Shown here one piece after another: positions 14,036 to 25,000 of a DNA stretch of 64,000 nucleotides (position 1 is the stretch's first letter; each line of letters opens with the position of its first letter). The notes beneath the pieces are model-generated. The model made no database searches. It was not told the origin of the DNA and saw only the letters and a program-made list of their open reading frames with translations. Position numbers and translations under genes: made by a program. Where the stretch lies: NCBI GenBank assembly GCA_028279595.1, contig JANQNK010000004.1, positions 160,001 to 224,000 on the forward strand. The letters are read 5' to 3'. This stretch comes from Thermoplasmatota archaeon (GTDB lineage: Archaea; Thermoplasmatota; JAKEGO01).

Positions 14036-15988
14036 TCACCTCATCTGTTGTGCTATCAGGTTCAGGGTCCCCCCTGCCAGGATCTTCTCCTTATCCTTCT
14101 CTGAAAGGTCGAAGCTCGCCTGGAACTCCGTCCCCTTCGTCATGTTCTTGACCGTAACGGTATTGCCCGCACCCTCGAGCGCGGACCGGACGTCCGGGAT
14201 CTCCAGGCCGTCCCCCTGGTCTATGCCATCGTAGTCGGCCGGGTCTGCGAAGTTGAGCGGGACGATGCCGAAGTTCACAAGGTTCGCCTTGTGGATCCTC
14301 TCCATCCCCTTCGTTATCACGGCCTTCACTCCCATGTACATCGGGCACAGGGCGGCGTGCTCGCGGGACGAGCCCTGTCCGTAACTGATCCCGGCGACGA
14401 TCACGTTGTCGTTGCCGGAGTCGCGTATCCCCTTGGCCCTGTCGAAGAATGTGTCGTCAACGACCTCGAAGAGGAACTCCGAGTACTTCGGCACGTTCGA
14501 CCTGTACTTCATCTTGCTGCCCGCGGGAATGATGTGGTCGGTGGTTATCTCGTCGCCGACCTTGATCGCGACCTCGCCGGCTATGACATCCGGCAGCGGC
14601 GCGTTCTTCGGCGGGTCCCCGATGTTCGGACCGCGGACTATCTCCACGTCCCCGGGGTCGTCAACGGGCGGCATGATCATGTTGTCGTTCACGATGAAAT
14701 CGTCAGGCATCTCGACCGCTGGGTACTCGATGCCCATGTCCTCCAGTTTCCTGGGGTCGATGAACTTCCCTGTTATCGCGCCGGCCGCTGCTGTCTCCGG
14801 GCTCACGAGGTACGCGTTGGCGCTCTTCGTGCCCGAGCGTCCCAGGAAGTTCCTGTTGCTGGTCCTCAGCGATATCGCCTCGGTCTTCGGCGACTGGCTG
14901 TTGCCGATGCAGAATCCGCAGGCGTTCTCGGCCATCCTGACCCCGGCGCCGAGTATGTAGGCCAGGCGTCCGTTCTCGGAGAGCATCTCGACCACCTGCT
15001 TCGAGCCGGGACCCACCACCGCGCTGACGTTCGGGTGGATCGTCCGGCCCTTCAGGAGCTCGGCAAATATCATCATGTCCCTGTAGGACGAGTTCGTGCA
15101 CGAGCCCATGCAGACCTGGTCGACGGCCATCTCGTTCGCGTCGGCGACCGTCATGATGTTCCCGGGGCTGTGCGGTGCAGCAGCAAGCGGTTCGAGCGTG
15201 CTGAGATCGACCTGCACAACACGGTCGTACTCCGCGTCAGGGTCCGCTGCCATGGCGACCCACTGGTCGCCGCGGCCCTGCGCGTCGAGGAACTGCTTCG
15301 TAACGTCGTCGCTCGGGAAGATGGATGTCGTCACACCGCACTCGGCCCCCATGTTCGTGATTGTGGCGCGCTCCGGTACGGTGAGTGTGGCGATCCCCTC
15401 GCCGCCGTACTCGAAGACCGTCCCGACGTTCCCGTGCGTGGTGAAGGTCTCGAGGACCTTCAGGATGACGTCCTTCGCGCTCACCCAAGGCCTAAGTTCG
15501 CCCGTGAGCTCGATCTTGACCACCTTCGGACAGGTGACGTTGAAATGTCCGCCCGCCATGGCGACGGCGACGTCGAGGCCCCCCGCTCCGACGGCGATCA
15601 TGCCGATCCCGCCTCCAGTGGGCGTGTGACTGTCACTTCCGAGAAGCGTCCTTCCAGGACGGCCGAAGCGTTCCAGGTGTACCTGGTGGCATATGCCGTT
15701 CCCGGCCCGCGAGTAGTATATCCCGAACTTCTTCGCCACGGACTGAAGGTACTTGTGGTCGTCGGCGTTCTCGTAGCCGATCTGGACGGTATTGTGGTCC
15801 ACGTAGCTGACCGAAAGCTCGGTCTTGACCCTCGGTACCCCCATCGCCTCGAACTGGAGGTATGCCATGGTCCCGGTGGCGTCCTGGGTCAGGGTCTGGT
15901 CGATCCTGATCCCTATCTCCTCTCCCTTTACGTACTCTCCTACAACTAGGTGCTCTTCCAATATCTTCTGCGTCAGGGTCTTGCCCAT
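14036..15988 (-). CDS. acnA: Aconitate hydratase (short ~650-aa type)
   Basis: QDATGTMA, GSDSHT, Fe-S ligands GSCTN and CGFCIG, SNRNF, TTDHI, YGQGSSREHAA. Confidence 0.93.
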   Translation of the reverse strand: MGKTLTQKILEEHLVVGEYVKGEEIGIRIDQTLTQDATGTMAYLQFEAMGVPRVKTELSVSYVDHNTVQIGYENADDHKYLQSVAKKFGIYYSRAGNGICHQVHLERFGRPGRTLLGSDSHTPTGGGIGMIAVGAGGLDVAVAMAGGHFNVTCPKVVKIELTGELRPWVSAKDVILKVLETFTTHGNVGTVFEYGGEGIATLTVPERATITNMGAECGVTTSIFPSDDVTKQFLDAQGRGDQWVAMAADPDAEYDRVVQVDLSTLEPLAAAPHSPGNIMTVADANEMAVDQVCMGSCTNSSYRDMMIFAELLKGRTIHPNVSAVVGPGSKQVVEMLSENGRLAYILGAGVRMAENACGFCIGNSQSPKTEAISLRTSNRNFLGRSGTKSANAYLVSPETAAAGAITGKFIDPRKLEDMGIEYPAVEMPDDFIVNDNMIMPPVDDPGDVEIVRGPNIGDPPKNAPLPDVIAGEVAIKVGDEITTDHIIPAGSKMKYRSNVPKYSEFLFEVVDDTFFDRAKGIRDSGNDNVIVAGISYGQGSSREHAALCPMYMGVKAVITKGMERIHKANLVNFGIVPLNFADPADYDGIDQGDGLEIPDVRSALEGAGNTVTVKNMTKGTEFQASFDLSEKDKEKILAGGTLNLIAQQMR

Positions 15989-16091
15989 GATATCCCTCCT
16001 CTGTGCCCCCTTTCGGGTGATACCCGGCCAGGGATGTCTCCCCTGGCTACGAGTTTGGATATTGATTGCGGGCTTGCCCTGTACGCCTATT

Positions 16092-17447
16092 TCAACTTTC
16101 TAGTTCGTCCAGGAAAGCCCCCGTCATCGCGGCGAACGTCTTGAAGTCGTCCGTCCAGTCGTACCTGCTGTCGTACTCCTTCCTGTGGGCCTTGTCGTAG
16201 CTCGACAGATACTTGTTGAGGTGCCTCTTCCACCTCTCCTTAGAGGCCAGCCGCTTGGTCTGGAGCTGGTTCGATATGTCGTACGAGACCACGCCGTCCA
16301 TGCTGTCGAATACGTCCTTGGCGAAGGTCTGGGCGGACTTTCTCGAGTCAGTGAGCAATGAAAGCAATATATCGTCCTGCCCCAGCGAGAAGGAGAGGTA
16401 GGTCGGGAAGACGTTCTCCTTGAGTCCATGGGTGATGAACTTGGACCTGATCGCCTGGTACTGGCTCGGATCGCCCCGAATGGAGACCAGGTACCTGTAC
16501 AGGTCGCTCGGATGGTCCTTCGGGAGCAGGAAGTACGTTGGTTGCAGGAGCGGCACGGTCCGCGTCTTGCGGACGTCGGCCAGAGTGTGGACGTTGTTGA
16601 CAAGGAAGTCCTTCAGGACCTCGAAGTTGTCCACCTCGAATATCACGTTGATGAACTCCTTGTTCTCCTGCTGTGACGCATACAATGGTGTTACATGGTC
16701 GGTCTCGAACTTCTGGATGTTCTTCTCGACGTCGTTCCATAGCTGCGGCATGCCGGACTTGGCGAATAGCCTCACGATCACGGTGAATGGCGACCGTTCC
16801 TTCAGGTATGCCTCGAACTCTGCCTTGTTCGCCATCCTGCCCTTCGTTCCGGCGGGCTTGGAATACCTGAACCTGTCCTTGTGCGCCTCGAGCTTGTTCT
16901 GGGGGAGTAGCGACAGGCTGTTGACGATCCTCGAAGTGTCGTATCCTACGACCCCGGGGATCTTGGATATCTTCCTCTCGACGAACCCGCGGGCCGTCTC
17001 CCTGTCCTTCGACAGGACCGAGAGGATGATGTCGTCGTCCCCGAACGAGTACGACAGGTAGGTCATGAAGGTGCTCTTCGTCCACTTGAGCTCGATGAGC
17101 TTGCTGTAGACGTCCCGGTAGTTCTCGGGATTGACCCTCAGGAAGACCAGGAACCGCTGGAGGTCCTTGGCGTGCTCCTTCGGCGGGGGGAAGTAGACAG
17201 GGCTCATTATCGGGATGGTCCTTGTGTCCCTGACGGCAGCCATCGTCTCGAGGTTCTTCAGGAATACCTGCTGGACGGAGTCCAGGCGCTTGACCTTCAG
17301 AAGTATGCTGAGATATCTTTTTCCCTCCTGGCGGATAGCGTACAGGGGTTCTACGTCCTCCCAGTACAGGTTCCGCTTCTCGGCCTCGATCACGCTGCAG
17401 AGATTGTTCAGACCACCCTTCGGAAAGAGCCTTACCATTACCAGCAT
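16092..17447 (-). CDS. Hypothetical protein: internally duplicated, about four Lrp/AsnC-ligand-domain-like modules, no HTH
   Basis: Two halves align (VRLFPK/VRLFAK, PLYAIRQE/PLYASQQE, VRDTRTIP/VRKTRTVP, TYLSYSFGDDDIIL/TYLSFSLGQDDILL, IPGVVGYD/MDGVVSYD). The fold assignment is inference. Confidence 0.6.
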   Translation of the reverse strand: MLVMVRLFPKGGLNNLCSVIEAEKRNLYWEDVEPLYAIRQEGKRYLSILLKVKRLDSVQQVFLKNLETMAAVRDTRTIPIMSPVYFPPPKEHAKDLQRFLVFLRVNPENYRDVYSKLIELKWTKSTFMTYLSYSFGDDDIILSVLSKDRETARGFVERKISKIPGVVGYDTSRIVNSLSLLPQNKLEAHKDRFRYSKPAGTKGRMANKAEFEAYLKERSPFTVIVRLFAKSGMPQLWNDVEKNIQKFETDHVTPLYASQQENKEFINVIFEVDNFEVLKDFLVNNVHTLADVRKTRTVPLLQPTYFLLPKDHPSDLYRYLVSIRGDPSQYQAIRSKFITHGLKENVFPTYLSFSLGQDDILLSLLTDSRKSAQTFAKDVFDSMDGVVSYDISNQLQTKRLASKERWKRHLNKYLSSYDKAHRKEYDSRYDWTDDFKTFAAMTGAFLDELES

Positions 17448-17614
17448 TCTATACCCCCCCTGGGGATTCCCCGAATGAGTCGAATGCTATAAAAATCTTA
17501 TTCTGTTTATAGGGCTCGATTTCGATAATCGCATTAATTTTACCGCGAAGATGTGAAAAAGAGAATGTGCAGGCCCGTCGTTTCCAAGTTTTCGTCAATC
17601 GAGTGCGGTGGAAT

Positions 17615-17631
17615 CAAAAACAGATATATAT
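17615..17631 (+). promoter_or_regulatory. BRE/TATA promoter of sucCD
   Basis: A-rich element followed by ATATATAT (17624-17631), about 30 nt before the TTG start. Confidence 0.5.
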
Positions 17632-17661
17632 CGCTCTCCCATTTGGGACGGGGGAATTCAG

Positions 17662-18828
17662 TTGAAGATACACGAGTATCAGGCGAAGGAGCTTTTCAGG
17701 AAATACAGCATTCCCGTGCCGGACGGCAGGATAGCGACGACTGCCGCCGAGGCGCGCGCGATAGCCGAGGAGATAGGCGGACGGGTCATAGTAAAGGCAC
17801 AGATACATGCTGGAGGACGCGGAAAGGGGGGCGGTGTGAAGCTTGCCGCCGACGCGAACGAGGCCGAATCGCTTGCGGACCAGATCCTCGGGATGACACT
17901 CGTGACCCACCAGACCGGTCCCGATGGGAAGGTCGTGGGAAAGGTGCTCGTCGAGGCTGCGTCGAACATCGAGAGCGAGATGTACATCGCGTTCGTTCTC
18001 GACAGGGAGACGTCGCAGCTCGTGATAATCGCTTCCTCCGAGGGTGGCGTCGAGATCGAGAAGGTGGCAGCCGAGACCCCCGAGAAGATATTCAAGACCT
18101 GGGTGGACCCATCGGTAGGGCTCATGTCATACCAGGCCAGGGAGGTCTGCTTCGCCCTCGGGCTGAAGGGCCAGGCATTCAAGGACGGCGTCAAGGCCAT
18201 AACGAACCTTTACAGGTTGTACGAAGGTGAGGACGCGACGCTTGCCGAGATCAATCCGTTCATAGTTACATCGGAAGGGAACGCCATGGCGATCGACGCC
18301 AAGGTGAACCTGGACGACGACGCGGGATACAGACAGGCGGATCATGCCGAGCTCCGGGACCTCACGGAGGAGGAGCCGCTCGAGACCGAGGCGAAGAAGT
18401 TCGGACTGAACTACATCAAGCTCGACGGTTCGGTTGGATGCATGGTCAACGGCGCCGGGCTGGCAATGGCCACCATGGACCTCATCAAGCTCTGCGGGTC
18501 CGAGCCGGCGAACTTCCTGGACGTCGGAGGAGGGGCCTCCGCGGAGGGGGTCGAGAACGCGTTCAAGATACTCATGAGCGACGAGAACGTGAAATGCGTA
18601 CTGATCAACATATTCGGCGGCATCGTAAGGTGCGACCGCGTCGCACAGGGGGTCGTCGAGGCGATCAGGAACATCGGCCAGATCGATGTCCCGATCGTCG
18701 TCAGGCTGGAGGGAACGAACGCAGCGGAGGGACAGGCCATACTTGAGGAGTCCGGACTGGACTTCCATACCGTTGTCGGGTTCCAGGCAGCGGCTCAAAA
18801 GGCCGCCGACCTAGCGGGAGGTGACTGA
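17662..18828 (+). CDS. sucC: Succinyl-CoA synthetase beta subunit
   Basis: TTG start gives the canonical MKIHEYQAK; [40 protein letters not shown]. Confidence 0.96.
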   Translation: MKIHEYQAKELFRKYSIPVPDGRIATTAAEARAIAEEIGGRVIVKAQIHAGGRGKGGGVKLAADANEAESLADQILGMTLVTHQTGPDGKVVGKVLVEAASNIESEMYIAFVLDRETSQLVIIASSEGGVEIEKVAAETPEKIFKTWVDPSVGLMSYQAREVCFALGLKGQAFKDGVKAITNLYRLYEGEDATLAEINPFIVTSEGNAMAIDAKVNLDDDAGYRQADHAELRDLTEEEPLETEAKKFGLNYIKLDGSVGCMVNGAGLAMATMDLIKLCGSEPANFLDVGGGASAEGVENAFKILMSDENVKCVLINIFGGIVRCDRVAQGVVEAIRNIGQIDVPIVVRLEGTNAAEGQAILEESGLDFHTVVGFQAAAQKAADLAGGD

Positions 18829-18829
18829 G

Positions 18830-19702
18830 ATGGCCATACTGCTAACGGACGACACGAAGGCGATAGTCCAGGGCCTGGGAAAGGAGGGCCAGTTCCACAC
18901 CGAGAGGATGCTCGATTACGGGACGAAGCTCGTAGGCGGAGTACGCCCCGGCAAGGCTGGCGAGGACTGCCTCGGCCTGCCCGCGTTCAACACTGTGAAC
19001 GACGCCGTCGATGCGACCGGCGCGAATGCGTCGATCATCTTCGTCCCCGCGCGGTTCGCAAAGGACGCCGCCATCGAGGCCATCGACGCCGAACTGGACC
19101 TGGTGGTATTGATAACCGAGGGGATTCCGCCGATCGATATGATCAAGGTCAAGGACAAGCTGAAGCGGTCCGAGACCCACTTGATAGGACCCAACTGCCC
19201 CGGGATAATCACCCCTGGCGTCGGCAAGCTCGGTATCCTGCCCGTGGAGATCCATACACCCGGAGTCGCCGGGGTCATCTCGCGCTCGGGCACCCTGACC
19301 TACGAGGTCGCGGCCCAGCTGACGGCAGAGGGCATCGGACAGTCGACCTGTATGGGCATAGGCGGGGATCCGATAATCGGGACCAAGCACCGGGACGCAT
19401 TGGAGCTCTTCAACGACGACCCTGACACAGAGATCGTCATATTGATCGGAGAGATAGGAGGCACCGACGAGGAGCTCGCGGCCGAGTTCATCCGGAACCA
19501 CATGACGAAGCCAGTGGTCGCGTTCATCGCCGGAAGCACTGCGCCGCCAGGCAAGAGGATGGGCCACGCCGGAGCCATCATCGCCGGAGGCAAGGGCACT
19601 GCTGCAGAGAAGAAGGCTGCCTTGAGTGATGCTGGTGCAACGGTCTGCGATTCTCCTGCCGATGTCGGGGCAACCGCTAAGAAGGTCCTCGACGGTCTTT
19701 GA
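18830..19702 (+). CDS. sucD: Succinyl-CoA synthetase alpha subunit
   Basis: GGAGGTGA RBS; [22 protein letters not shown], phospho-His RMGHAGA. Confidence 0.96.
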   Translation: MAILLTDDTKAIVQGLGKEGQFHTERMLDYGTKLVGGVRPGKAGEDCLGLPAFNTVNDAVDATGANASIIFVPARFAKDAAIEAIDAELDLVVLITEGIPPIDMIKVKDKLKRSETHLIGPNCPGIITPGVGKLGILPVEIHTPGVAGVISRSGTLTYEVAAQLTAEGIGQSTCMGIGGDPIIGTKHRDALELFNDDPDTEIVILIGEIGGTDEELAAEFIRNHMTKPVVAFIAGSTAPPGKRMGHAGAIIAGGKGTAAEKKAALSDAGATVCDSPADVGATAKKVLDGL

Positions 19703-19706
19703 GGTC

Positions 19707-20021
19707 ATGTCAAGGATCGCCATAGCCTGCTACAGACCCAACGAAGGTTCTGAGAAGGAACTCATCGAACTGGTCAGAGTGCATTATCCATTGCTCAGGT
19801 CCCAGGACCTGGTCACGGACAGGGAACCCACCCTGATGAAGGCAGGGGACGGGACCATCCTCGAAGTGTTCGAATGGATAGGTGTCGAGGAAAAGGACAT
19901 GGCCCACAGCAATAAGGAGGTCATGGCCCTTTGGAACAGGTTCGACGAGATCTCGGAGAGCGTTCCATTGCTGGACCTGGCCGAGGCTAAGCACAAGTAC
20001 GCCAACTTCCAACCGTTGTGA
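19707..20021 (+). CDS. Small conserved hypothetical protein, probable dimeric alpha/beta-barrel (ABM-like)
   Basis: 104 aa, 4 nt after sucD with GAGG RBS; pattern IACYRP...H...LR...DGTILEVFEW...AH.N..V..LW..F. Confidence 0.6.
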   Translation: MSRIAIACYRPNEGSEKELIELVRVHYPLLRSQDLVTDREPTLMKAGDGTILEVFEWIGVEEKDMAHSNKEVMALWNRFDEISESVPLLDLAEAKHKYANFQPL

Positions 20022-20025
20022 CGGA

Positions 20026-20340
20026 TCAGGACTCGTCCGGGGTATCTCCCTCGGCGGCTTCCTCGCCGCCCTCACCCTCGGCTTCGCCCTCGCCCTCTTC
20101 TCCCTCATCGGCCTCCTCGTCCTCGCCGGAGGCGGCCGCTTCCGCGGCTCTCTGCGCTTCGAGCGCTGCGAGCCTCGCCTTCTCCTTCTCCTCCTGCTCG
20201 TGGAGGGCTTTCTGTTCCGCAATGGCCTCCCTGGCATGGGCCGCGCTAGCCTTGGTCCTTCCACACTTCTTGCAGAATCCGGCATAGTTCAGGAACCGCA
20301 TCGTCCCACAGAGCTCGCATCGACCGTACGCCTTTGCCAT
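20026..20340 (-). CDS. Small Zn-ribbon-like protein with coiled-coil and acidic tail
   Basis: ATG 20340 with AGGTG RBS; CELC-x11-CKKC followed by an Ala/Glu-rich helix and an E/G-rich tail. Confidence 0.6.
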   Translation of the reverse strand: MAKAYGRCELCGTMRFLNYAGFCKKCGRTKASAAHAREAIAEQKALHEQEEKEKARLAALEAQRAAEAAASGEDEEADEGEEGEGEAEGEGGEEAAEGDTPDES

Positions 20341-20546
20341 ACGTGAACACCTACCGAGGGAAGGCGATAACGCCTGTCCGTCAATCCACGCCATTACACC
20401 CTCTCCTATTTATACGCATCGAGCAGAAAAAACCATGAATACAGCCAAGCCAGCACTCCCGAGGCGCGTTGACCCCTGACTCGGCCAGGGTCGAACGCCC
20501 CCGAAACCGTTTTATCGATTCCTGCTGTTAGACAACAGGGGATAGG

Positions 20547-21077
20547 ATGAAGGTCACGTTCGAAGGGATAGACATCGAGATAGTCCAGGGTAATATCGTC
20601 GCGCAGCCCGACCTGGACACGATCGTGAATGCCGCGAATGCGCAGCTCCGGATGGGCGGAGGCGTCGCCGGCGCGATCCATCGTGCCGCGGGATCAGGGC
20701 TGGAGCAGGAGTGCAGGCCGCTAGCGCCGATAACCCCCGGAGAAGCGGTGATAACGAGCGGCCACGATCTTCCGAACGCCCATGTGATTCACTGTCTGGG
20801 GCCGATCTACGGTCGGGACAAGCCTTCCGATGTTCTGTTGGCAGATTGTTACAGGAACGCGCTGAAAGTCGCCGACGAAAATGAGGTCGAATCCATAGGG
20901 TTCCCGGCGATCTCGACCGGGGCATTCGGCTATCCGCTCGAGGAGGCAGCGGAGGTAGCTCTAAGGGCTGTCAAACAGACCGTGCCGAACCTGAGCAAGG
21001 TCAAGACCATCAGGTTCGTCCTCTACGGAGATGACGTCCAACAGGTGCACGAACGGGCCATGGACAATATCTTCTGA
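20547..21077 (+). CDS. Macro-domain protein (O-acetyl-ADP-ribose deacetylase / ADP-ribosylhydrolase, YmdB-like)
   Basis: IVNAAN..L.MGGGVAGAIH, VIHCLGP, FPAISTGAFGYP. Confidence 0.92.
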   Translation: MKVTFEGIDIEIVQGNIVAQPDLDTIVNAANAQLRMGGGVAGAIHRAAGSGLEQECRPLAPITPGEAVITSGHDLPNAHVIHCLGPIYGRDKPSDVLLADCYRNALKVADENEVESIGFPAISTGAFGYPLEEAAEVALRAVKQTVPNLSKVKTIRFVLYGDDVQQVHERAMDNIF

Positions 21078-21105
21078 AAAATGGGTGGGAGGGGGTTGAC
21101 CCCCC

Positions 21106-21951
21106 TCACTCGACGGGTATCTGGATCTCGGAGAGCAGCTCCGATTCCGGAACTTCCTTCGGGTCGTTCAGGAAGAGCTCGCGGCTCGGGCCGTTCATCT
21201 TCAATCCCTCTCGGCTGATGTACTCCATCACGGCGGCGAATGCGGGTCCGACCTCCTCGTATGGACCCTTGTACAGGTACGAGACCATGCGACCACCGTC
21301 GAGGGTTTTGACCTCGTATCCCTCGCCTACGGTCACGTTCCCAGCGATCGGGATCGCGATCTCGATGTCGGCGTCCTCCGCCTTCTCCTCGTCGTCGTGG
21401 CAGATGAACATCGGCGGACCGGTCACGCGGACCTGGGCCCTCTGGTTCTCGGGACTGAAGAGCATCCCGAAGGACTGCTTCATCAGACGCGGGATCGTCT
21501 CCTCGTAGGTCCCGATCTCCCTTATGCTCACGACTCTCTGGCTTGGCACTTCCTTTATGCAGGGTTCGTTCTTCTCCATGTTCAATACCTCCAAGAAGCT
21601 CCTCCGGAGCAACGATCCCCTTATCTTCTCGAGCCGGGCGATGTCGCCATCGATGGCCTCGATCCGTTCCAGTAGCAACTCGTTCAGCCGTTCCTCGCGC
21701 CTCTCCTCGGGGCACTCCTCGAGGATGTCCATTATCTCCTTCATCTCAGGGATTCCGAAGCCGAGGTTCGCCAGCCGCTTGATGCGGATACCCTTCGCCA
21801 TCTGCGAGAACGAGTAGAGCCTGTACCCGGTTATCTCTCGCTTGATCGGGTGCAGCAGACCCTTCTCGTCGTACAACCGCAGGGCGCGCTTCGTGAGCCG
21901 TGTCACGACGGAGAACGTTCCGATACCGATGCTCCTGTCATCGTCCGACAT
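21106..21951 (-). CDS. MerR-family regulator with C-terminal GyrI-like effector domain (BmrR/BltR type)
   Basis: MerR HTH: IGTFS...LTKRALRLYDEKGLL.P...TGYRLY. GyrI-like: YKGPYEEVG...PSRELFLNDP...EIQIPV. Confidence 0.9.
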   Translation of the reverse strand: MSDDDRSIGIGTFSVVTRLTKRALRLYDEKGLLHPIKREITGYRLYSFSQMAKGIRIKRLANLGFGIPEMKEIMDILEECPEERREERLNELLLERIEAIDGDIARLEKIRGSLLRRSFLEVLNMEKNEPCIKEVPSQRVVSIREIGTYEETIPRLMKQSFGMLFSPENQRAQVRVTGPPMFICHDDEEKAEDADIEIAIPIAGNVTVGEGYEVKTLDGGRMVSYLYKGPYEEVGPAFAAVMEYISREGLKMNGPSRELFLNDPKEVPESELLSEIQIPVE

Positions 21952-22024
21952 GGGGACCGGATAGCGATTATGGCTCTTATACTTTAATCGCCGGAGTCTG
22001 ACGCGGGTGAGGTTCTGACTCGGG

Positions 22025-25000
22025 TCAAGGTTCCTTTTGGTCCTCCGGGTCCTCGTCCCCCTCCTTCATCTCGTCATCAGGCCCTGATTTCGGCTCTTGA
22101 TCTTCGGATCCCTCCTCGGGTTCGGGATCCTCCTTGACCTCCTCCTCGGGCTCTGGTTCAGGCTCCTGTTCCTCGGAATCGGGGTCATCGGTCTCGGGTT
22201 CCTCGTCGTCCTCTGGTTCAGATCCCTCTGGCTCCTCTGAAGGTTCCTTTGTCCAAAACGGCCGTCCGAGCATCTGATTGAGAAGGATGATCAGGAGCAG
22301 TATTATCACGATGATGAGCAGGATCGTGTTGGGGTCGCCTCCATCATCGTCGTCGTCCGAGACTCCAGCGATGTCATCGCTCATTGCCTCGATCGCATCG
22401 TCAAGGTCCTCGAGCTCGGTCAAGATGGTTTCGACGTTGGAGATCCCCGCTAGGCTTGTGTTGATCTCGTCCAGGCGAGTCTCGATCTCGGCTTCGAGAG
22501 CGCCGATGGATGCCATGATGCTCGTGATGTTGGCGTCCGTTTCGGCGAATCCAGTGGACATATCGCCAAGGACGATGCTGATGTTGGTGAGTGATTCGGT
22601 GTCGAGCGAGTCGAGCAGCGACGACAGGGTTGCAATGTCCGAAAGAAGGTCAGCGCTGACGTTCCCCTGGTCCTCGGCATGTTGCTCGAGATCGGCCGCG
22701 AGGGCGGTCAAGGAAGTGTCCAGATCGGCGTAGGAGGAGGTCAGTAGAGTGTCCAGGTCACCGAGTGCCTGATGCAAAGACATGTTGGCCGAGCTGAGGT
22801 TCTGCTCGAGTTGTCCAAGGACCGTTTCCAGCCAAAGTTGGAGATCGGCCTGACCCGAGACGTTCAGGGAAGCGATCTCGGCCGCAAGCGAGTTGTTCAT
22901 CATGGCCATGAACGCTGTCAGATTGACCTCGGTCTGAGCCAATCGTGAACTGATCGAGCTGCCAACAACGTCTATGTCAGTGGACAGGCCGTCGAGCAGG
23001 CCAGTGAGGGAAGTATTCAGGCCGCCGAGGGCGGCATCAAGGTCGGATATGCTGGCATCGACGACGTCAAGTCTTGACACGACGGTCGTCAGGTTCCCCA
23101 GGATCTCTCCAAGGTCCATTCCGACGCTCGCGTTCATCCCCTCGATGTATGTGCGGAGGTCGAGTATGGTCTGGTTCAGGTACGCGAGCTGGTCGTCGAT
23201 GTCCTGGAGCTCGTCGGCGCGTCCCTTCTTCGTCACCTCGAAGTAGGTCCAGTTCGTGGAGTTCCATATCAACGATGTGCCGTTGTATCCGAACGCCTCG
23301 ACGGTTACGTTATACATCCCGAGGGGGGCGTGGCTGTATATTGGCAATCCGATGATGTGGGTCGTGTTGATGGAAAGACCGCTCTTGTGGGCCTCGAGGG
23401 TCGTTCCGTTCGGGTCGGTGTAGCTGACGACGAGCTCGAGGTTGTCGTAGGACGGTGCTGCGACCGTCCCGATGGTGATGGTGGCGGTGTCGTCCGGCTT
23501 GTACGTGGAGCGAAGTGCATCTACGAGGAGGTAGTCTCCGGCCATGACCTGATTGTTCACGTACAGATCGATCGATACGGAGACGATCCCGCCGATGTCG
23601 AGAACGGCATCGACGCGCAACGGCACCTTCGAGTCCTCGGTGAACCCAGAGGTGTTGACAAGATACCGATACGGGGATACGGGGTCGGATCCGACGTATG
23701 TTCCGTCGAGGTAGAGCCGGACCTCGCTAACCGCCCAGGTGGTCACCACTTCGAACACTTCCATTCCTTCGATGTAATCTCCGTTCGAATGGCTCGTGAT
23801 GGCGATCTTGCCGCTGGGAGGTTCGTCCAGTTTGAGGACGAGTGGATAGACGTCCTGCCCGCCATGGAACACATATGGCGTGTCGCCGATGGTGTCGCCG
23901 CCGCTGATGTCCTGGTCTGGCCCTGAAAGATAGTCGCCGCCGGGATAATCGTCCCAGTGGTTGCCGCCGCTCGGATATGAGAGGTTCCAGATGTTCCGGG
24001 CGGTCTGATAAGCGCCGATAGCGTTGTCGAAGAATTCGTTGTGATATACCATATTTCCGGATTGGTTCAAGAACTGGATGCCGATGTCGTTGTCCCTGAT
24101 CTCGTTGTAAATGATCGTGTTCTCTCCAACGTCGGGACCCCACATACAGATCTCATAGTCGCCATCCTCGAATCTGCCCCATACTATCTGGCCGGCGTTG
24201 TTGATCCTTGGCGATTGGTCGGAAAGATTGTTGTCTGTCAATTGTTCGACCCTGGATCCCCTCCATAGGAAGATCTCCCAGCCATCTCCGTCATTTCCCA
24301 TCCACACGATCTCCCCGGCCGAATTGATCTTGGGACTGGCGTCAATGAAGGTATTATCGGATATCTGTTTGACCTTCTTCCCGTTCCAGAAGTATATCTC
24401 AAGGTCGGAACCGTCCGAACCATACCACGTGATCTCGCCAGCATCGTTCAAACTTGGATTATAACCGCCTCCGGTGCCGTCCGTCACCTGGATGACCGCG
24501 GAACCGTTCCAGAAGAAGATCTGATCATAGTTCCCATCAGAGGCCTGCCATACGACCTGCCCGGCATCGTTGATCCGATGATTGATCTCGGCAAATGAGT
24601 CGTTCGTTAGCTGTAGGGTCCCCGTTCCGTTCCACAGGAAGAGATCGGTATTGTTACCGGACCTACTGGACCAAACAATATCCCCGGCCGAGTTGATCTG
24701 TGGATCCGTATCGTGACGACTGTTGTTGCTGACGTTTGTCACCGATATTCCATCCCAGAAATAGATCTCTTCGTCATTTCCATCATTACCGACCCAGGCG
24801 ACCTCGCCCGCTGAGTTGATCTGGGGTCGCGAGTCATTGTACGGGTTGGCGGAGATGTTCTGGGTGTTTTCGCCATCCCAGACGTATATATCGTAATCGT
24901 AGCCGTTCCACTTAACCCATAGGACCTCCCCCCTCGCATTGATCTGAGGTGGAGAATCGGTCTGGACGCCAACGAGAGGGTCAGCCGTTGAGCCATTCCA

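Noticed and set aside
20547-21077. Macrodomain as part of a GcvH-L/LplA2/SirTM ADP-ribosylation system
   Set aside because: No sirtuin in the window, no Cys/His Zn-binding insertion in the macrodomain, and it lies 8 kb from gcvH on the opposite strand.
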